DNA of 64,000 nucleotides from an uncultured Chloroflexia bacterium. Lineage in GTDB: Bacteria; Chloroflexota; Anaerolineae; Anaerolineales; UBA4823. The stretch lies in contig CAVOSB010000037.1 in the NCBI GenBank assembly GCA_963698765.1, forward strand, positions 90,993 through 154,992, read 5' to 3'. Of the stretch, positions 61,084 through 64,000 are shown in pieces. Below the pieces are notes generated by a model, which saw only the letters and a program-made list of their open reading frames with translations, was not told the origin of the DNA and did not search any database. The translations under genes were made by a program, and so were the position numbers. Positions within the stretch are counted from its first letter, which is position 1. Each line of letters begins with the position of its first letter.

Positions 61084-62934
61084 ATGAATAGATCGAATTG
61101 CCTTCCAGCGGAGATGTTATTCCGTATAGGGATCTTCATCCTTATCTTAGGCACGCCTTTTCAAGTTGGAAACTCATCAGCTGCGCTTCACCCGCATGCA
61201 GAAATCTTGTCACCAAACGAAGTGATCAGCTGGGTTGGGCTCAGCTCAGGGGATTGGAACACGCCAGACAACTGGAGCACGGAAAGCGTCCCTGGAGCCA
61301 ACGACGATGTGAGCATCGGAGCAGGGAATACAGTCAACTTCTCATCGGGCACGAGCACGATCAACAGCCTTAACTGCCAGGGCACTTTAACTGTCAGCGG
61401 CGGGAGCTTCACGGTAAGTGGAGGATCTGCGATCAACGAGCTTAAAGTGAAGGGCGCCGACGCCTATTTCGACGGCACAACAACCATCATGTTTCTCTAT
61501 TTGGAAGGCACGAACGCAAATGAAGGCGTTTTAGGCGGCAACGGCAGGATAAACATAACTTCTTACATCAATTGGCTGGGCGCGGGGAGTGATCCTGGCG
61601 GGGGTGGTCGGAAATCCAGCCGAATTGTCAGCAATGGAAGCATTGTCATTGCAGACTCAGCCACCGGACTTATCGAGGCTCGATATGATGGCTACGATGC
61701 CCCATATGGCGCCGTCCGCCTGGCAGGCTTCCTGGATAATTTTGGGGATCTCGAATTGAGAGGCGCCTTGGAAACGATGGCGGATTTTTCCGAGTTAGCC
61801 AATAAGCCCAGCGGGAGCATCACGATCCCGGCTGAATATGATGCGATCAACAGGCTCGATGTAAGAATTAACAATGAAGGACTGATCTTACTTGATGCCC
61901 CCGGCTCGTTCGACTTGCCGTATATCCACAATTGGGGAATGATCAAGACCACTGGCGGTGAAATCAACCTGAATTTCATTGAGAACAGCGGCCGCCTGGA
62001 AGTCAACGGTGATGGAATTCTGCACTTCAACAATCCGATTGCGCTGATCAACCCCTGGTCAGTGATCGTGGGTACAGGCACGGTCAAATTTAGCGATGGA
62101 GATGGGCTTACGGATCTGAATGTGGATGGCGTATACAACGTTACGAACACGGTAATCGAGGATCAGGATGCCCTGGTCAAAATGCTTCCAACTGCCACAG
62201 TCCAAATAAGCAATTTAACCGTCAGCGCCGGGCGAATAGAGCTGACCGAACCCCTAGCGCTGAACGACCTGACCATTTCGCAATTACCTGGGCAAATCCC
62301 AGGAATACTGACCGGCAGCGGGCCAGTCACCGTCAATGGTACGTTCAACTGGTCAGCCGGTACGATGGAAGGGTCCGGGGATACGTCCGTTAACGGGGTA
62401 ATGAGTATTTTTGGAAGCGCTGTGAAGTCCCTGGGCACAAGCGGAAAGCCACGGGACCTGTACCTGAATGGAACAGGGAGCTGGTCTGCGGGGGACATTA
62501 ATACCTCCAGCGGGTCGTTGATCACGATATACCCCGGCGCCGACTTGACTGCCAGCGGCACGCTGATAGGAGACCTGCATAATCGAGGGACGCTCCAGGT
62601 TGGGACTTCAACGGGTATCCTTTCGGTAGGCAGCAATTACACTCAGGATGCAACCGGAGTGCTCAATATGGAGATCGGTGGTGCAGGAGCAGGAGAGTTC
62701 GACCAGCTCAACATTTCTAGTATCGCGACTTTAGGGGGCACCCTCAACGTTGGCTTGATCAACGGTTATTCATTGATCAACCAAGGCATTGATATTCTAA
62801 CCTATGGGAATCGCAACGGCGAGTTCACAATGCACGTTCTACCCGCAGGCACTCATCACACCTACAATGCAAACGGGCTGACCATCTCAGGTGGTGTCTC
62901 GATCTACTTACCGTTGATCTGCAAGCCAAATTAG
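61084..62934 (+). CDS. large secreted Gly/Thr/Asn-rich beta-helix-type repeat protein
   Basis: 616-aa ORF with an N-terminal signal-like segment (LFRIGIFILILGTPFQVGNSSA). It has repeated G(T)L(T)VSGG-type strands and a C-terminal GEFDQLNISSIATLGGTLNVGLINGY module. No catalytic motif was recognised. Confidence 0.6.
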   Translation: MNRSNCLPAEMLFRIGIFILILGTPFQVGNSSAALHPHAEILSPNEVISWVGLSSGDWNTPDNWSTESVPGANDDVSIGAGNTVNFSSGTSTINSLNCQGTLTVSGGSFTVSGGSAINELKVKGADAYFDGTTTIMFLYLEGTNANEGVLGGNGRINITSYINWLGAGSDPGGGGRKSSRIVSNGSIVIADSATGLIEARYDGYDAPYGAVRLAGFLDNFGDLELRGALETMADFSELANKPSGSITIPAEYDAINRLDVRINNEGLILLDAPGSFDLPYIHNWGMIKTTGGEINLNFIENSGRLEVNGDGILHFNNPIALINPWSVIVGTGTVKFSDGDGLTDLNVDGVYNVTNTVIEDQDALVKMLPTATVQISNLTVSAGRIELTEPLALNDLTISQLPGQIPGILTGSGPVTVNGTFNWSAGTMEGSGDTSVNGVMSIFGSAVKSLGTSGKPRDLYLNGTGSWSAGDINTSSGSLITIYPGADLTASGTLIGDLHNRGTLQVGTSTGILSVGSNYTQDATGVLNMEIGGAGAGEFDQLNISSIATLGGTLNVGLINGYSLINQGIDILTYGNRNGEFTMHVLPAGTHHTYNANGLTISGGVSIYLPLICKPN

Positions 62935-63300
62935 GCCGCAGCGAGAATTCTCTGGGTTTGGAATAGCCTGCCTGCGTCTCCCTCGATACCAGTAGGTATT
63001 AGCCCTGTTCACTCGGTAAGACACATGGCAACCGCCTGAATTGCGCCTTTTGGCCAGCTGAATCTGATAACGCCGGCTAAGCTCCGCGGTCAAATCTTCG
63101 ATCGCTTCGACTTGCAGCACAGCCAGGTAATCATGAAAATCGCGGAGCTCCTGTGAATTACACTGCAGGATTTTTGGAGACAGACCCTGGGACTTACGGT
63201 CCAAGAGAAAACCATCCATGACTTGAAGAATCGACCCTGATATAATTTCCAGAGTCAGCCGGTCTACCGGGTGTCCTGCATAAGAAACGCTCCCTTCCAC
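62908..63300 (-). pseudogene. tyrosine recombinase/integrase, N-terminal SAM-like domain only (truncated)
   Basis: FLLDRKSQGLSPKILQCNSQELRDFHDYL...IEDLTAELSRRYQIQLAKR...NRANTYWY resembles the core-binding domain of XerC/D-type integrases. There is no catalytic domain, because the ORF runs into the 3-prime end of the convergent 616-aa gene. Confidence 0.5.
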
Positions 63301-63340
63301 CCGCCATAGGTAGGGGAAGGGAGTCGAAAAACGCTGAAAG

Positions 63341-63413
63341 AGCCACCGAAGGGAATCGAACCCTTGACCCGCCGCTTACGAAGCGGCTGCTCTGCCGGCT
63401 GAGCTACGGTGGC
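63341..63413 (-). tRNA. tRNA-Thr (anticodon CGT)
   Basis: The reverse complement GCCACCG-TA-GCTC-AGCCGGCA-GAGC-A-GCCGC-TTCGTAA-GCGGC-GGGTC-AAGGG-TTCGATT-CCCTT-CGGTGGC-T folds as a perfect 73-nt cloverleaf. Confidence 0.9.
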
Positions 63414-63470
63414 AGCAATTGCTGCGGCGCAGATTATACAAGGGAAAAGCCTATATAACAAGGTAAAGAC

Positions 63471-64000
63471 TTGAACAATAAACCACTGAACATTGCGATG
63501 CTGTCCTACCACACCTGTCCCCTCGCCACGCTTGGCGGAAAAGATACCGGCGGTATGAACGTATATGTGAGAGATCTGACCCGTTATTTGGGCCAGTTAG
63601 GAGTCCATGTTGATGTCTACACCAGGTCGCAAGATGAACATGTTCCGCATGTGCTGCATGATCTGGGATATGGAAATCGTGTTGTTCACATTCCAGCTGG
63701 GAAAGAAGTGCCATTGCCAAAGCAAGAATGGCAGAATTACTTGCCCGAATTTACCACGAATATCCTTGAATTTGCTTCAACCAAGTGTATTCAGTACGAT
63801 CTGATCCACAGCCATTATTGGCTTTCGGGGATTGCTGCACGGGATCTTCAGGCCGCCTGGAAGGTCCCGATCGTGCACATGTTTCATACTTTGGGTGTTA
63901 TGAAACAACGAGTTGCAAGGATCAATGAAGAGACAGAAGGTGAATACCGGCTGAAGGGTGAGCGGGATGTTCTAGGTATTTCTGACCGGATTGTAGTGTC
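63471..64000 (+). CDS. GT4-family glycosyltransferase (MshA/sucrose-phosphate-synthase-like), N-terminal part; continues beyond window
   Basis: Not in the track because it is open-ended. Hand translation gives (L)NNKPLNIAMLSYHTCPLATLGGKDTGGMNVYVRDLTRYLGQLGVHVDVYTRS...LIHSHYWLSG...IVHMFHTLG with no stop up to 64000. The start is TTG at 63471 or ATG at 63498. Confidence 0.75.
   Translation, partial: MNNKPLNIAMLSYHTCPLATLGGKDTGGMNVYVRDLTRYLGQLGVHVDVYTRSQDEHVPHVLHDLGYGNRVVHIPAGKEVPLPKQEWQNYLPEFTTNILEFASTKCIQYDLIHSHYWLSGIAARDLQAAWKVPIVHMFHTLGVMKQRVARINEETEGEYRLKGERDVLGISDRIVV

Overview
The window reads as an ordinary chromosomal segment, not a plasmid or phage. Gene content suggests an anaerobic Chloroflexota/Anaerolineae-like bacterium, but that is inference only.

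Main blocks:
- 1-2.9 kb: a two-component system.
- 2.9-15.6 kb: a same-strand hydrogenase supercluster. It holds a group 3b NAD(P)-linked [NiFe]-hydrogenase plus maturation protease, followed by a 10-gene membrane-bound group 4 [NiFe]-hydrogenase. The group 4 subunit set and gene order resemble complex I.
- 15.6-21.7 kb: a pentapeptide-repeat gene and two tandem kinase/OmpR pairs flanking a CBS-ACT gene.
- 21.9-24.9 kb: glycogen genes (glgA remnant, glgC, malQ).
- 24.9-27.5 kb: a Zn-ribbon/MoxR/VWA trio.
- 27.6-37.8 kb: housekeeping and regulatory genes.
- 38.0-39.4 kb: rplU-rpmA-rpmE, where L31 carries an RNA polymerase alpha-CTD-like tail.
- 41.1-45.8 kb: an rpoN-kinase-activator operon.
- 45.9-59.1 kb: proline dehydrogenase, a rhodanese with an in-frame TGA at the catalytic position, two moeA genes, small redox proteins, a NarL-type system, a peptidase, a DedA-family membrane protein and udk.
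- 59.2-63.4 kb: a roughly 4 kb islet bracketed by two tRNA-Thr(CGU)-like sequences, with an integrase remnant.

Major caveat: at least 24 genes, including L21, L27 and sigma-54, are broken by about 40 single-base frame shifts. Several sit in homopolymers. This looks like assembly indel error rather than gene decay. I report those genes as one merged span, typed pseudogene.

No CRISPR array, rRNA or intact transposase was seen.
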